In this document: one piece after another, positions 1-9,210 of the stretch
Position numbering within the stretch: position 1 is the stretch's first letter
Layout of the letters: each line of letters opens with the position of its first letter
Source of the DNA: an uncultured virus (IMG/VR IMGVR_UViG_3300033233_000003)
Lineage: Duplodnaviria; Heunggongvirae; Uroviricota; Caudoviricetes
DNA length: 64,000 nt
IMG/VR virus record: IMGVR_UViG_3300033233_000003
Reading direction: 5' to 3' (one strand)
Position numbers and translations under genes: made by a program
The notes under the pieces: model-generated
Databases searched by the model: none
What the model saw: the letters and a program-made list of their open reading frames with translations, nothing else
What the model was told of the DNA's origin: nothing

Positions 1-420
1 GCCGACAAGGCATACCTCTCTCGCGAGAATCTGGCGCTCGTCGCCGCCCTCGGTGGTACCGCCATGATCCCGTTCAAGGACGGTACTGGCGAGGGGACGG
101 TAGGCAACGGCGTAGTCGCCCCTCACGCGGAGCTGTGGCGCCAAGCGTTCCACTACTACCAGTACAACCGGGAGCAGTTCCTGCCTCGGTACCACCAGCG
201 GAGCAACGTCGAGACCGTTTTCCACATGGTCAAGTCCAAGATCGGGGCGTTCGTCCGCTCGACGAGCCCCACTGGCCAGATCAACGAAGTGCTAACAAAG
301 CTCCTGTGCCACAACATCATCGCCAACGTTCGGGCGAGCTTCGAGCTTGGCCTGAATCCCATACTCGGCTCCGGCGTCAGCCTCACCCCGGCCGACCTGC
401 TCGTCGGAGATGCCACGTGA
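1..420 (+). CDS. DDE transposase, C-terminal part (element A)
   Basis: Frame 1 reads ADKAYLSREN...YHQRSNVETVFHMVK (Y2R3E6K motif). Homologous to the four complete copies. Confidence 0.9.
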   Translation, partial: ADKAYLSRENLALVAALGGTAMIPFKDGTGEGTVGNGVVAPHAELWRQAFHYYQYNREQFLPRYHQRSNVETVFHMVKSKIGAFVRSTSPTGQINEVLTKLLCHNIIANVRASFELGLNPILGSGVSLTPADLLVGDAT

Positions 421-656
421 GCCGCGCTTCGACCGTCACAGAGATCGTGCTGACAGTGCTTCGCACAACACCAGGAGTCGTGCCTGGAGCCATGCCGTGG
501 CTCACGATGCGCGAAATCATCGATCGCGCAGCCGATCGCGGGGAGACGATCTCGCTGAACGCGGTGGCCTCCGCGCTCGCGAACGTCGAATCCGGCGCCC
601 TCTACGTAGACCGTTCGCGACGGCCGTTTCGATACCGCCTGCGGGTCTTGCAATGA
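417..656 (+). CDS. Small winged-HTH-like protein (first cargo gene of A)
   Basis: GTG overlaps the transposase TGA. LTMREIIDRAA...LNAVASALANVESGALYVDRSRRPFRY is near-identical to 28908-29210. Confidence 0.7.
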   Translation: MSRASTVTEIVLTVLRTTPGVVPGAMPWLTMREIIDRAADRGETISLNAVASALANVESGALYVDRSRRPFRYRLRVLQ

Positions 657-725
657 GGAGACGCATGCGAAAGGAATCAAGGCATGTTTCTCGGCCCATC
701 TTCCTTAGCCAAGTAACCTTGGCGA

Positions 726-911
726 ATGGCCTTTGTCCGAGTAACCTTGGCCAAGTGCAAATGCGACGAGTGCGGACACAAGTGGTTCTCGCGGTGGCCA
801 CGCAAGATCCCGATCGTGAACCGGCCTTCGAGGAAGCCACTCCCGAAGAAGTGCCCGCAGTGCAAGTCGGGATGGTGGAACGACCTCCCGCGTCAGGCGA
901 AGCGCTCTTGA
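726..911 (+). CDS. Small zinc-ribbon protein
   Basis: CKCDECGHKW...PKKCPQCKSGWWN. Confidence 0.55.
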   Translation: MAFVRVTLAKCKCDECGHKWFSRWPRKIPIVNRPSRKPLPKKCPQCKSGWWNDLPRQAKRS

Positions 912-952
912 AATCTTGTGGGCAAGTCGTGGACGAGCAGTGGTGGTTCAGT

Positions 953-1014
953 GGGCAACACTTGTGGTCCAAAGGGCAACACTTGTGGTCCAAGTGGCCA
1001 CAACTGTGGCCGAG
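953..1014. repeat. 21-bp tandem repeat upstream of the methyltransferase
   Basis: GGGCAACACTTGTGGTCCAA(A/G) twice plus a degenerate third unit. Confidence 0.75.
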
Positions 1015-1095
1015 AGGATTTCTCGCGAGCGCGAACGAAAGCGCTTTCGTTCGCGCACCGTCTTCGTCTACAGGTCGCTCGTCAATGAGGGCACG

Positions 1096-2094
1096 ATGCG
1101 GCGAGTGATCCCTCCGTCGAGCAAGTCCGTCACAGCGAACGGCATCCTGAAGGACACGCCTGCTAATCGCGCGCTAACTCCCCGCGTCGCATCGGATGCC
1201 CAATTCCGATCTTCAAAGTTGGTGCAAGGCGCGTTCTATGCCGACGGTCTCTCTCTGCTGTTCCACGGCGATGTTCGCTCGACGTTGGCGCGCATCGCGG
1301 CAAGCGGTTTGAAGGTCGACTGCATCATCACTTCGCCACCGTTCTACGGACAGCGGGACTACGGATTCGCGGAGCAGATCGGACTTGAAGATCATCCTCG
1401 TGAATACCTGAGCAACCTCATCGAGGTCTTTCAACTTTGTGGGGCGGTCCTGAGCGAGACGGGCAGCCTTTGGGTGAACATCGGCGACACGTATTGGAGC
1501 GGAAAAGGTGCGCATAAGAGCGGTGAAATGAAACAGGCGGCGCGAAGATTTGGACTCCGCCCACAGGATCGAGCAGGCGACGGTCTTTGGGCCAAGCCGA
1601 AACAACTTCTCTTGCTGCCACATCGTTTTGCGATCGAAATGCAGGACGCCGGATGGCTCGTTCGGAACGACAATGTGTGGGTGAAACCGTATCCTATCCC
1701 CGATCAGGTGCGTGATCGCTGTTCCATCTCACACGAGTACGTGTTTCACTTCACGAAGGCTCGTTGGTATTACTTCGATCATCGAGCCGTCGCGAGGAAG
1801 CTCGCGAATGGAACCATGCTGCCGCCTCTAGATACCTGGGTCGTACCACCGGCACGTGGCAACGGCAGTCACCGCGCTTCCTTTTCAGAGGAACTGGCCC
1901 GTGTTCCCATCCTCGCTACCACTCCTCCGCGAGGGATCGTGCTTGACCCGTTCAACGGAAGCGGAACGTCGATGGTATTCGCGCGACGACACGGCATTCG
2001 ATCCATCGGAATCGACATGAGCAAGGAATACTGCACGCAAGCCGTGGTCGCATTGAAAAATGCAGTACCGGCTACCTTCAAGATGCTGGGCTAG
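1096..2094 (+). CDS. N4-cytosine/N6-adenine DNA methyltransferase (beta-class motif order)
   Basis: Catalytic TSPPFY precedes SAM-binding VLDPFNGSGT; start codon uncertain. Confidence 0.9.
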   Translation: MRRVIPPSSKSVTANGILKDTPANRALTPRVASDAQFRSSKLVQGAFYADGLSLLFHGDVRSTLARIAASGLKVDCIITSPPFYGQRDYGFAEQIGLEDHPREYLSNLIEVFQLCGAVLSETGSLWVNIGDTYWSGKGAHKSGEMKQAARRFGLRPQDRAGDGLWAKPKQLLLLPHRFAIEMQDAGWLVRNDNVWVKPYPIPDQVRDRCSISHEYVFHFTKARWYYFDHRAVARKLANGTMLPPLDTWVVPPARGNGSHRASFSEELARVPILATTPPRGIVLDPFNGSGTSMVFARRHGIRSIGIDMSKEYCTQAVVALKNAVPATFKMLG

Positions 2095-3915
2095 ATGCCG
2101 AGCTACCTCGCGTCTCAAACCTTGCGCAACGCGATCGATCGATTGGGCGATTCGATCGCGCAGCCTCGCGTGGCTGACTACCTCGTCTTCAAGCGAGCCC
2201 TGATGAACACGCGTCGGACGGCGCCGAAAGCCGACGCCGTGGAGACCGGAATGGAGAACAAGCCTTTCCAGGAGGCGATCACCGAGTTTGCGGCATGCGC
2301 ACCCGGAAGTACCACTTGGACGGGATCGCCGTTCTTCTCGCCGTTCGGTTCAAAGCGAGATGGGCAACAAGGCTTCAAGAGTCCTAAGTATCCATCTAAC
2401 GGACCGTCTGACACGATCGGCGGATGGCAGTCGAGACCGAGCGAAGCCCCGCTCTTGATCGTGCCCAATTCGCGACCAAAGGCCTACAAGTTCGTCGCGC
2501 GAAGCGCATCAGAATTGACGGCTTTCCTTTTGAAAAAGGGGAAGGGTGAGCGGCCATCGCTACTGGATGCTGCGCGTTGGTGGTTCCGCTTTCAGGAGAT
2601 GCAATCTCGCTTCGGCCACGATCCAGACGCGCAGGAACTATGCGATGCGGTCGTGAAGGATCTCGACCTTACGAAAGCCGACCTGGTCGCCATCTTCGAG
2701 CCGATGCCGCCGAGCAGTGCTGGTGCATCAGCCGGTCCGTTTCAGAGCACGGTTGCCGATCCAGTTAGTTACCTGCCCGCTGCGAGCGCTCGCGTCGTCG
2801 CCGCCAGCAGCGCAACCAAGCAAGCAGTGACGCCATCGGCGGTACCATTAGCGCTCGAAGATCGCCTTGAGAGCATCGTCGATTTCGTCGAAGCACGTGG
2901 GTTCATCTTTAGTCCGTGGCAAATCGCGGCCTACGTGACGGCGGTGAGAACAAAGCCGTTCGTGATCCTTGCCGGCATCTCGGGTACAGGAAAAACGAAA
3001 CTGCCTCGGCTCGTTGCCGAAGCGACGAAGGCGGAGATAGAGATCATTCCGGTTCATCCAGACTGGACAGACGGTAGTGAGTTGATCGGCTACGAGCGCA
3101 TTACGGGCGACTTCGTGCCCGGAAGACTCCTCCGATTCGCGAAGCGAGCCCAGGAGGCGCCTGCTCAACAATTCTTCGCGCTGCTCGACGAGATGAACGT
3201 AGCGCGAGTCGAACACTATCTGGCCGACGTGCTCAGCCACATCGAAGAACGCGAGAAACATGCTGATGGCTTTCGCAGTCGACCGCTTGCACCACAGGCG
3301 ACCGGAGACTGGAACTCTGTGTGCTTGCCCTCGAATCTATGCATCGTTGGTTCCGTCAACATGGACGAAACGACGCACGGGTTTTCTCGTAAGGTGCTCG
3401 ATCGCAGCTTCGTAATCGAGTTTTCTGACGTAGACCTCGGGCGAGTCGGTGGCGATTCCATGGATACGGCGACGCCTGCGGAATGGAAGGCGAGCGACTG
3501 GACGCAACGCTGGCTGACGTTGGCCGAGCATCCAGAGAGGAAGAGCGACGTGGTGACGGATGTGATCGGAACCCTCGAAACCATCAACGACGCACTCAGC
3601 GTGGCGCAGTTACAGGTTGGCTATCGCGTGAGAGACGAGATCGCGCTCTTCCGATTGAACGCGCGTGACTGCGAGCCAGTATTCCGAGGCTTCGGCGCCA
3701 CGCCGATCGACCCTCTGGATCTCGCCGTCACGATGAAGATCCTACCTCGAATCCAAGGCGGTGGGACCGCCATTCAAGACGTACTCGATCGTCTAAGCGA
3801 ATGGGCAGACCCCAAGACGGATGGGACACCATCACGCGGGTTTCCCCTATCGAAGGATAGAATCGATCTGATGAGAAGCCGACTGCGTAGCGGTTTCACG
3901 TCGTACTGGCTGTAG
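2095..3915 (+). CDS. mcrB: McrB-like AAA+ GTPase
   Basis: Walker A GISGTGKT, Walker B LLDEMN, NMDETT signature, FSRKVLDR. Confidence 0.88.
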   Translation: MPSYLASQTLRNAIDRLGDSIAQPRVADYLVFKRALMNTRRTAPKADAVETGMENKPFQEAITEFAACAPGSTTWTGSPFFSPFGSKRDGQQGFKSPKYPSNGPSDTIGGWQSRPSEAPLLIVPNSRPKAYKFVARSASELTAFLLKKGKGERPSLLDAARWWFRFQEMQSRFGHDPDAQELCDAVVKDLDLTKADLVAIFEPMPPSSAGASAGPFQSTVADPVSYLPAASARVVAASSATKQAVTPSAVPLALEDRLESIVDFVEARGFIFSPWQIAAYVTAVRTKPFVILAGISGTGKTKLPRLVAEATKAEIEIIPVHPDWTDGSELIGYERITGDFVPGRLLRFAKRAQEAPAQQFFALLDEMNVARVEHYLADVLSHIEEREKHADGFRSRPLAPQATGDWNSVCLPSNLCIVGSVNMDETTHGFSRKVLDRSFVIEFSDVDLGRVGGDSMDTATPAEWKASDWTQRWLTLAEHPERKSDVVTDVIGTLETINDALSVAQLQVGYRVRDEIALFRLNARDCEPVFRGFGATPIDPLDLAVTMKILPRIQGGGTAIQDVLDRLSEWADPKTDGTPSRGFPLSKDRIDLMRSRLRSGFTSYWL

Positions 3916-3922
3916 GTGCGAC

Positions 3923-5746
3923 ATGACCGAGTCGCCGCTACTGTCCATTGAGAACAACTTCGTACGAGTCGAAGTCTATGGGCCGTTCGCGAGTCCTCGA
4001 AACGCTGAGGTCCTCGACATCAATCCGTCGGCTGTGGGCGCGCATTTCGAGGTTGAGCCGAACATCCATCCGACCATCGCTCGATACCGCGACGCGGTCG
4101 GACTCATGCGTCAGTGGACAAATGGAGAACATGGACCGCGTTTCCACGAGGGGACGCGGTATCGAATGGTTGCGGTTGCAAGCGTCGGCGCTGCCCCACG
4201 AATCATTCATCGGGATTCGGCCCTGACTCAGGACGCAAACACCATCTCTGGTCAGCCGATCACGATCTTGTCGCTCGACTTTCACGAGCAGATCGGCCTA
4301 AGCGCTTTCGAGATTCGCACCGATGTTGGCGTAGTGCGCTTCACGATCGAAGTTTTTCCGACCAAGCTCGACTACGCCACCGATTATCGTGAACTTCTGT
4401 ACGAGGTTGGCGCTGCGGCCAGAGGGCTCGCGTTCGAGTATCTGCGGAGTACCTATGTTCGCGCCGGAGCCAAGGCGGCCGAAGCGACCGTCGAAATCGA
4501 GTGGCTAACACTCCTGAGAAAACACATCGACGGATTGGAGGCCGCCGTCGCGTTCATTGGTCAACACCCACGGAGATCGCTGGTTCGCACCGTAGAACCA
4601 ATGAGAATAGAGCGCATTCGTCGAAGTAGTTCTAGTCTTCGCACGTCGGTCGCTCGTGGGAGCGGAAACGGTGAATGGATCGTGCTTCCCCGAGTCGGAA
4701 AGGTGCATTCGCGCATCCTGGGCACTCGTGCCAGTGAAACATTGGACACGCCGGAGCACCGCTGGCTGAAACGCAACCTGATGATGACGAGGGATCAACT
4801 CTCACGCATTGCCCAACAGCTCGATCGTGAAGTGGGCGGCTCTTGGTCTGGTCGAGAATCTTCGCGTCTCCGGTCCGAACGCGCGGAGGTCTACTCGTTT
4901 CGAGATCGCATCGAGCGGTTGCTGGAGACACCGCTGTTGCGATCGATACCCGGACTCACGTTGTCAGAATTCACCTCATTGACGCTGATGATGGCGCCAG
5001 GATACAGCGAAGCATACCAACACCTTCTAGCCCTTCGACTCGGATTGAACGTCGATGGCGGCGCTCTGGAACTCTCGACCAAGGAACTCGACGTACTCTA
5101 CGAGACGTGGTGCTTCATTCGGATCGCTCGAATGCTCGTCGAGCTTGCTCCAGGGAAGGTGACGCTCGACGATCTGATTGCGATCAGCGCGACGGGGATA
5201 CGTGTCCGTCTTCGGAGAGACCATCAGAGCAACATCGGACTTCAAGCAAACGGTCGTGAACTCGTCCTGTCGTACAACCGTCATTTCGATGGACTTACGG
5301 GAGCCCAGAGGCCGGACATCGTTCTCGAACTACGGCATATGGGCTGGCCGGAGATCATCGTGGTGTTCGATGCAAAGTATCGCGTCGATACGTCCGCGAC
5401 GTACCTCCGTGCGTTTACCGTACCAGGACCGCCCATCGATGCCGTCAACGCCCTTCATCGCTATCGGGACGCGATCGTCCTAGGCGCGAAAGATTCACCG
5501 CGTGGAAGGCCCGTCGTCAAAGGCGTGGCGCTGTTTCCGCTCGCAGCGAGCCTCGTGGTCCAGTTTGAGCAACACCAACCGCTTTTCCAGGCCCTCGCCG
5601 TTCTCGGAATCGGGGCACTACCGTTCTTGCCCGATTGCACGGCGTCGGTCGAACGATGGCTGCGCGCTTTGTTGGAGAGCGGCCCGGAGACACTGGCAAG
5701 CCCGGGACCAGAGTGGCTAGCCTTCACTCACCTACGATCTTTGTGA
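3923..5746 (+). CDS. McrC-like DUF2357/PD-(D/E)XK nuclease
   Basis: LDTPEHRWLK, LYETWCF, RPDIVL...FDAKYR, LHRYRDAI; directly after McrB. Confidence 0.85.
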   Translation: MTESPLLSIENNFVRVEVYGPFASPRNAEVLDINPSAVGAHFEVEPNIHPTIARYRDAVGLMRQWTNGEHGPRFHEGTRYRMVAVASVGAAPRIIHRDSALTQDANTISGQPITILSLDFHEQIGLSAFEIRTDVGVVRFTIEVFPTKLDYATDYRELLYEVGAAARGLAFEYLRSTYVRAGAKAAEATVEIEWLTLLRKHIDGLEAAVAFIGQHPRRSLVRTVEPMRIERIRRSSSSLRTSVARGSGNGEWIVLPRVGKVHSRILGTRASETLDTPEHRWLKRNLMMTRDQLSRIAQQLDREVGGSWSGRESSRLRSERAEVYSFRDRIERLLETPLLRSIPGLTLSEFTSLTLMMAPGYSEAYQHLLALRLGLNVDGGALELSTKELDVLYETWCFIRIARMLVELAPGKVTLDDLIAISATGIRVRLRRDHQSNIGLQANGRELVLSYNRHFDGLTGAQRPDIVLELRHMGWPEIIVVFDAKYRVDTSATYLRAFTVPGPPIDAVNALHRYRDAIVLGAKDSPRGRPVVKGVALFPLAASLVVQFEQHQPLFQALAVLGIGALPFLPDCTASVERWLRALLESGPETLASPGPEWLAFTHLRSL

Positions 5747-5919
5747 ACTTCCAGGAGCACCAGGAGGTCCCGGTGCCGTCCCTCGTCGAGAGGCATGACC
5801 GAGCCCGGTGAAGCGCTCTAAGACGCCTGCCTCAGAATTCGGGGCGAATGACGCGGTTGCCTCAGAATCTGTCAGGTGCCTCAGAATTGACCGCCTGAGG
5901 CCCATTTAGGATCAAAGCC

Positions 5920-6265
5920 CCTTGGATGGGATCTTGTTGATCGCCACACCCTTCATGATCCCTGGGCCACACCACTCGCCAAAGAAGATCATCGGTTTGC
6001 CGGCGGCAGCCGCCTTCCACTCCTCTTGATTCGACTCGACCCACGCGGCGAAGCCAGCGTTATCGCCGCCGGGACCGATGATTTGCGTACGGCTCTGCGC
6101 CAGCACCTTGTCGCCACGCACCTGGACGGCCGCGTTCGTACCGTGGAGCTTCACCTTCGCGCGGTACTCCACCGTCGTCGAACCACCGAGCAGTTCGGGA
6201 AACTTCTGCACGGACTTCCTGACGTTGTGGAAACCCTCGATCTCCGGCCAAGAGATGTGGCTCAC
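5920..6265 (-). pseudogene. 5' part of an Rnl2-type RNA ligase gene interrupted by element A
   Basis: Nucleotidyltransferase motif I KVKLHGTN, QSRT, DNAGFAAW, motif III FFGEWCGPGI. GTG overlaps the element B transposase stop. Confidence 0.8.
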
Positions 6266-7503
6266 GCGACCCTCCCGATCTCTTCCGCGAACTGCGGCTC
6301 GATTCCAAGCTCTAACACCGCGCTGTTGAGCACCACGACGTTGTGGCACAGCGCTTTCAGGTAGACCTCGTTAACCTGCGCGTCGTAGCTCTTGGAGCGT
6401 ACCGACGCGCCGAACTTCGACTTGATCATGTGGAACGTCGTCTCGACGTTCGAGCGCTTGTGGTAGTGCGCCATGAACTTGTCGTTGTTCCAGCGAAAGA
6501 AGTGGTAGAGCGACTGCCAGAGCTTGCTACCGCCCGCACCCTCGCCAGTGCCGATCTTGAAGGGGATGTACGGCATGCCGCCGAGCGCCACGACCTTCTC
6601 GACGTTCTCGTGGCTCAGGTACGCCTTGTCCGCCGAGACTTCCCCGATGCGGAAGCGCTTGGCCGTCGTGTCGAGCAGTCCAGGCATCTCAGGGCAATCC
6701 GGCGAGGCTTCGGGGCCGACGTAGATGGCGCTGACGATGTTCGTCTTCACGCCGCACGTCAGGTGCGCCTTGAGCCACGCGACCTCGCTGCGCTCCTTGC
6801 CCCACTTGTGGTCGAACCAGCGCTTGTAGGTCTTCGTCGCGAAGCCGGTGGAATCGACCGCGAAGTCCACCTCGACGCTCGCGAGCGGCGCCGCCGAGAC
6901 CTCGACGAGCGACTTGAGGAGCGGCGTGATCGCGCTCGACTCCATGAACCGGAACAGGCTGTTGTACGAAGGCGTCGAGTCAATCAGACCCTTCGCGCGG
7001 CTCGCGCGTACGTCGGTCTGTGCCCGCCGTCCGCTCTGCGTCGAGTAGACCTTCTGCGCCGCCGAAAACACCATGTCGGCGAGCGGGAGGCGCTTGCGTC
7101 CCATCGCCTGCGGGGGCTGCGCGATGCCTTTGCACAAGTCACGCAGCAGAAGCTCGAAGCGCTCCTTTTCTTGGACCTGCGCCGCGTTGTACTTCGGCCA
7201 GTCCTGGCTGTAGGTGACTTTCAACGTCTCCGTGACAACGGAGCCGTCGGGCATCTCGTGATGGCGCACAATCTCGACCGCGATGCAGTGCTTGCACGAC
7301 TGACCGCCGCGCGAGGCGTAGTCAGGGCACGAGCATTCCCAGGTTGGCATACCGTGGACGACGGAAGTCGTGACCACGTAGCTCCCCGAGTGGCTTTGGG
7401 ACGGCACGATCCAGGTCGGACCGCGCTTGATGATCCGCTTCCTTTTCGCGATCTCCATCGCCCGCTGCGTCCTCATGGCCTGCCCCTGCTCTGCGTTCAT
7501 CAT
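6262..7503 (-). CDS. SWIM zinc finger-DDE transposase (IS5/IS903-like), element B
   Basis: CSCPD...CKH; AVDSTGF, SADKAY, YHKRSNVETTFHMIK. Confidence 0.92.
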   Translation of the reverse strand: MMNAEQGQAMRTQRAMEIAKRKRIIKRGPTWIVPSQSHSGSYVVTTSVVHGMPTWECSCPDYASRGGQSCKHCIAVEIVRHHEMPDGSVVTETLKVTYSQDWPKYNAAQVQEKERFELLLRDLCKGIAQPPQAMGRKRLPLADMVFSAAQKVYSTQSGRRAQTDVRASRAKGLIDSTPSYNSLFRFMESSAITPLLKSLVEVSAAPLASVEVDFAVDSTGFATKTYKRWFDHKWGKERSEVAWLKAHLTCGVKTNIVSAIYVGPEASPDCPEMPGLLDTTAKRFRIGEVSADKAYLSHENVEKVVALGGMPYIPFKIGTGEGAGGSKLWQSLYHFFRWNNDKFMAHYHKRSNVETTFHMIKSKFGASVRSKSYDAQVNEVYLKALCHNVVVLNSAVLELGIEPQFAEEIGRVA

Positions 7504-7510
7504 CGATTGA

Positions 7511-7590
7511 CCTCGTAGGCCCATTGTAGCACCCTTCAAAGGGATGTCAACGGTAGGCTTGACGTGGGTCGTTCGTAGGCCCATAGTACC
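7511..7590. promoter_or_regulatory. Back-to-back sigma70-like promoters with repeated operator
   Basis: Minus strand TTGACA-16-TACAAT and plus strand TTGACG-17-CATAGT. TCGTAGGCCCAT occurs twice, overlapping both -10 boxes. Confidence 0.7.
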
Positions 7591-7595
7591 AGGGC

Positions 7596-7793
7596 ATGAC
7601 GGACGCGCAACGCAGAAAAAAGCGGACGAAGATTCAACAGGAACGTAAAGACGACTCGATCCGCGTCCGAGTGACGGCGGACCAGAAGCGGCAGTTCGCG
7701 GACGCAGCGCAGGCAGCCGGCCTAGACGTTTCGGTCTGGCTCCGCATGCTGGGCGTCCGTGAGGCGAAGGGCTCTGTGGGAGGAACCGAGTGA
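7596..7793 (+). CDS. Ribbon-helix-helix regulator (element B)
   Basis: SIRVRVTADQKRQFADAAQAAGLDVSVWLR; conserved in B-E. Confidence 0.85.
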   Translation: MTDAQRRKKRTKIQQERKDDSIRVRVTADQKRQFADAAQAAGLDVSVWLRMLGVREAKGSVGGTE

Positions 7794-7867
7794 ATATCTC
7801 GGCCTGCTCGCGATTCTCTTTTTCTCCGTGGCTCCTCGCCCACGCTGAGCGTGGGTGCGAGGACGCG

Positions 7868-8440
7868 CTAGTGCGATGCCCCTCCCCGCGAACCGTCGTT
7901 CGCTGCGAAGGGGAGCACCACGCCGGAGCCGAGCCCCGTGATCGACGCGGTGAGTCGATACTTGTAGTTCTTGTGGAAGCCCTCGCGGGCAATCTCGCCC
8001 CGCTTGCGCATGTGATGCAGCGCGCCATGCACGCTCCCGGCCTCCACGTCGGGGCGCAGGATCTTGACGCCCTCGATGACGGCTCGTGTCGAGAGTCCAT
8101 CGTGCTCGGTCGCGAGCACGGCGCGGATCGCTCCGGGGATGGTGGCGCTGTCCGCGTGCTCGACGGCCTCGTGGATGCGCGTGCAGGGCGCGGAGCGCTC
8201 GACGGGGGCGCTGGCGAGTCCGGGCGGCACGGGAGGCGCGGAGACGCGCTCTCTGGGCTGGCGGACGCTCGTGGGCTGGGAGTCTCCCGAGAGGGTCGCG
8301 AGAACGCGATCGATCGCGGATTGAATATCCTCGGCGTGCCTTGCGAGGTGCTTCTCTCGCTCGGTCGGGCCGAGCTGCTTGAGGAGTTGGGCGTAGATCG
8401 CGCGAATGCGCTCGACGGACTTGGCGGTGTCTGTGGCCAT
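7868..8440 (-). CDS. Conserved accessory protein with C-terminal winged HTH (element B)
   Basis: TIPGAIRAVLATE...VHGALHHMRKRGEIAREGFHKNYKY; conserved in B-E. Confidence 0.8.
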   Translation of the reverse strand: MATDTAKSVERIRAIYAQLLKQLGPTEREKHLARHAEDIQSAIDRVLATLSGDSQPTSVRQPRERVSAPPVPPGLASAPVERSAPCTRIHEAVEHADSATIPGAIRAVLATEHDGLSTRAVIEGVKILRPDVEAGSVHGALHHMRKRGEIAREGFHKNYKYRLTASITGLGSGVVLPFAANDGSRGGASH

Positions 8441-8767
8441 TGCCGTGAGACGTTTGTGGGAGCGGAGTAGCTCACTTTCGTGAGAGAAAAAGCAATGGTG
8501 ACATTTGAGGCAAGCGCGAGATACGAGGCAGACTTATGAGGCAACATGGTCATTTGGGGCAAAGCCATCGCTGCCTGTGGAGGCTTCCCGATGATTGAAG
8601 TGGAGTCCGAGAACGAGGAAGTCTCGAAGGACGTGCAGCAGGCGGAGGACGGCATGGGCAAGCGCGAGCGCGAGCGCGACGTCTACATGGTCAACGTCGG
8701 TCGGCCTTGTCTGTAAAGTCGACTTTCTGGGAGACATTCTGGTCGGCCTTCCTTCCTGCCCAAGAAG

Positions 8768-9040
8768 TCATCGCGCCACCTGCGCCAGTTGGAGCAGTTG
8801 AGAGGGGCGCATCCTGAATGCAAACGCAATCTTCGAGAGCCGACTGATCGTCATCGACACGTCGCCGCGTTCGGTGGGCGCCAACATGCCAATCTTCACT
8901 CCTGTTTCGCGTTCGAGATCACGAAGTAGCCAGCCACGCCTTTTTCGCAAAGTACGTACGGTGGCTGCCAAGCTCCTCGCAAAAGTCTGATACTCAGCCT
9001 CGATACTGACGAGAGTCTTGGGGTCGCCGCTGCCGGTCAT
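8768..9040 (-). CDS. XRE-family HTH regulator (cargo of C)
   Basis: VRTLRKRRGWLLRDLERETGV...ERGDVSMTISRLSKIAFAF. Confidence 0.75.
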   Translation of the reverse strand: MTGSGDPKTLVSIEAEYQTFARSLAATVRTLRKRRGWLLRDLERETGVKIGMLAPTERGDVSMTISRLSKIAFAFRMRPSQLLQLAQVAR

Positions 9041-9210
9041 TGCGGCGGCTCCATCGGCATGAAGATCGACGGCGTACGGAGCCTTAGACGCTGGTTACGA
9101 CGCTCGATCAGGAACAGGAAGACGAGGAGCACCGCCAGCGCCAGGAGCGCTACGACGGCCACGAGGCGGTCGCGGAGAGCGCTTCGGAGGGCGGAGCGGT
9201 ACATGGTCAT
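9037..9210 (-). CDS. Small membrane protein (cargo of C)
   Basis: LVAVVALLALAVLLVFLFLIERRN; homologue at 39619-39843. Confidence 0.7.
   Translation of the reverse strand: MTMYRSALRSALRDRLVAVVALLALAVLLVFLFLIERRNQRLRLRTPSIFMPMEPPQ

Larger units (their letters stand above)
1..5919 (+). mobile_element. Element A: SWIM-DDE cargo transposon, left part outside the window, nested in the RNA ligase gene carried by element B
   Basis: Transposase 3' end at 1-420. Terminus CAAAGCC ends at 5919 after three TGCCTCAGAAT repeats (about 5828, 5858, 5877). The RNA ligase frame breaks at this junction. Confidence 0.8.
5920..8566 (-). mobile_element. Element B (visible part): SWIM-DDE cargo transposon, distal end beyond the window start
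   Basis: Terminus CAAAGCC ends at 8566 with subterminal GAGGCA repeats. Complete HTH-RHH-transposase core. No second copy of the flank ATCGCTGCC seen. Confidence 0.8.

Noticed and set aside
5828..5919. This terminus as the far end of element B
   Set aside because: Orientation is wrong (AAAGCC on the plus strand), the flank does not match ATCGCTGCC, and it truncates B's cargo gene. It belongs to A.
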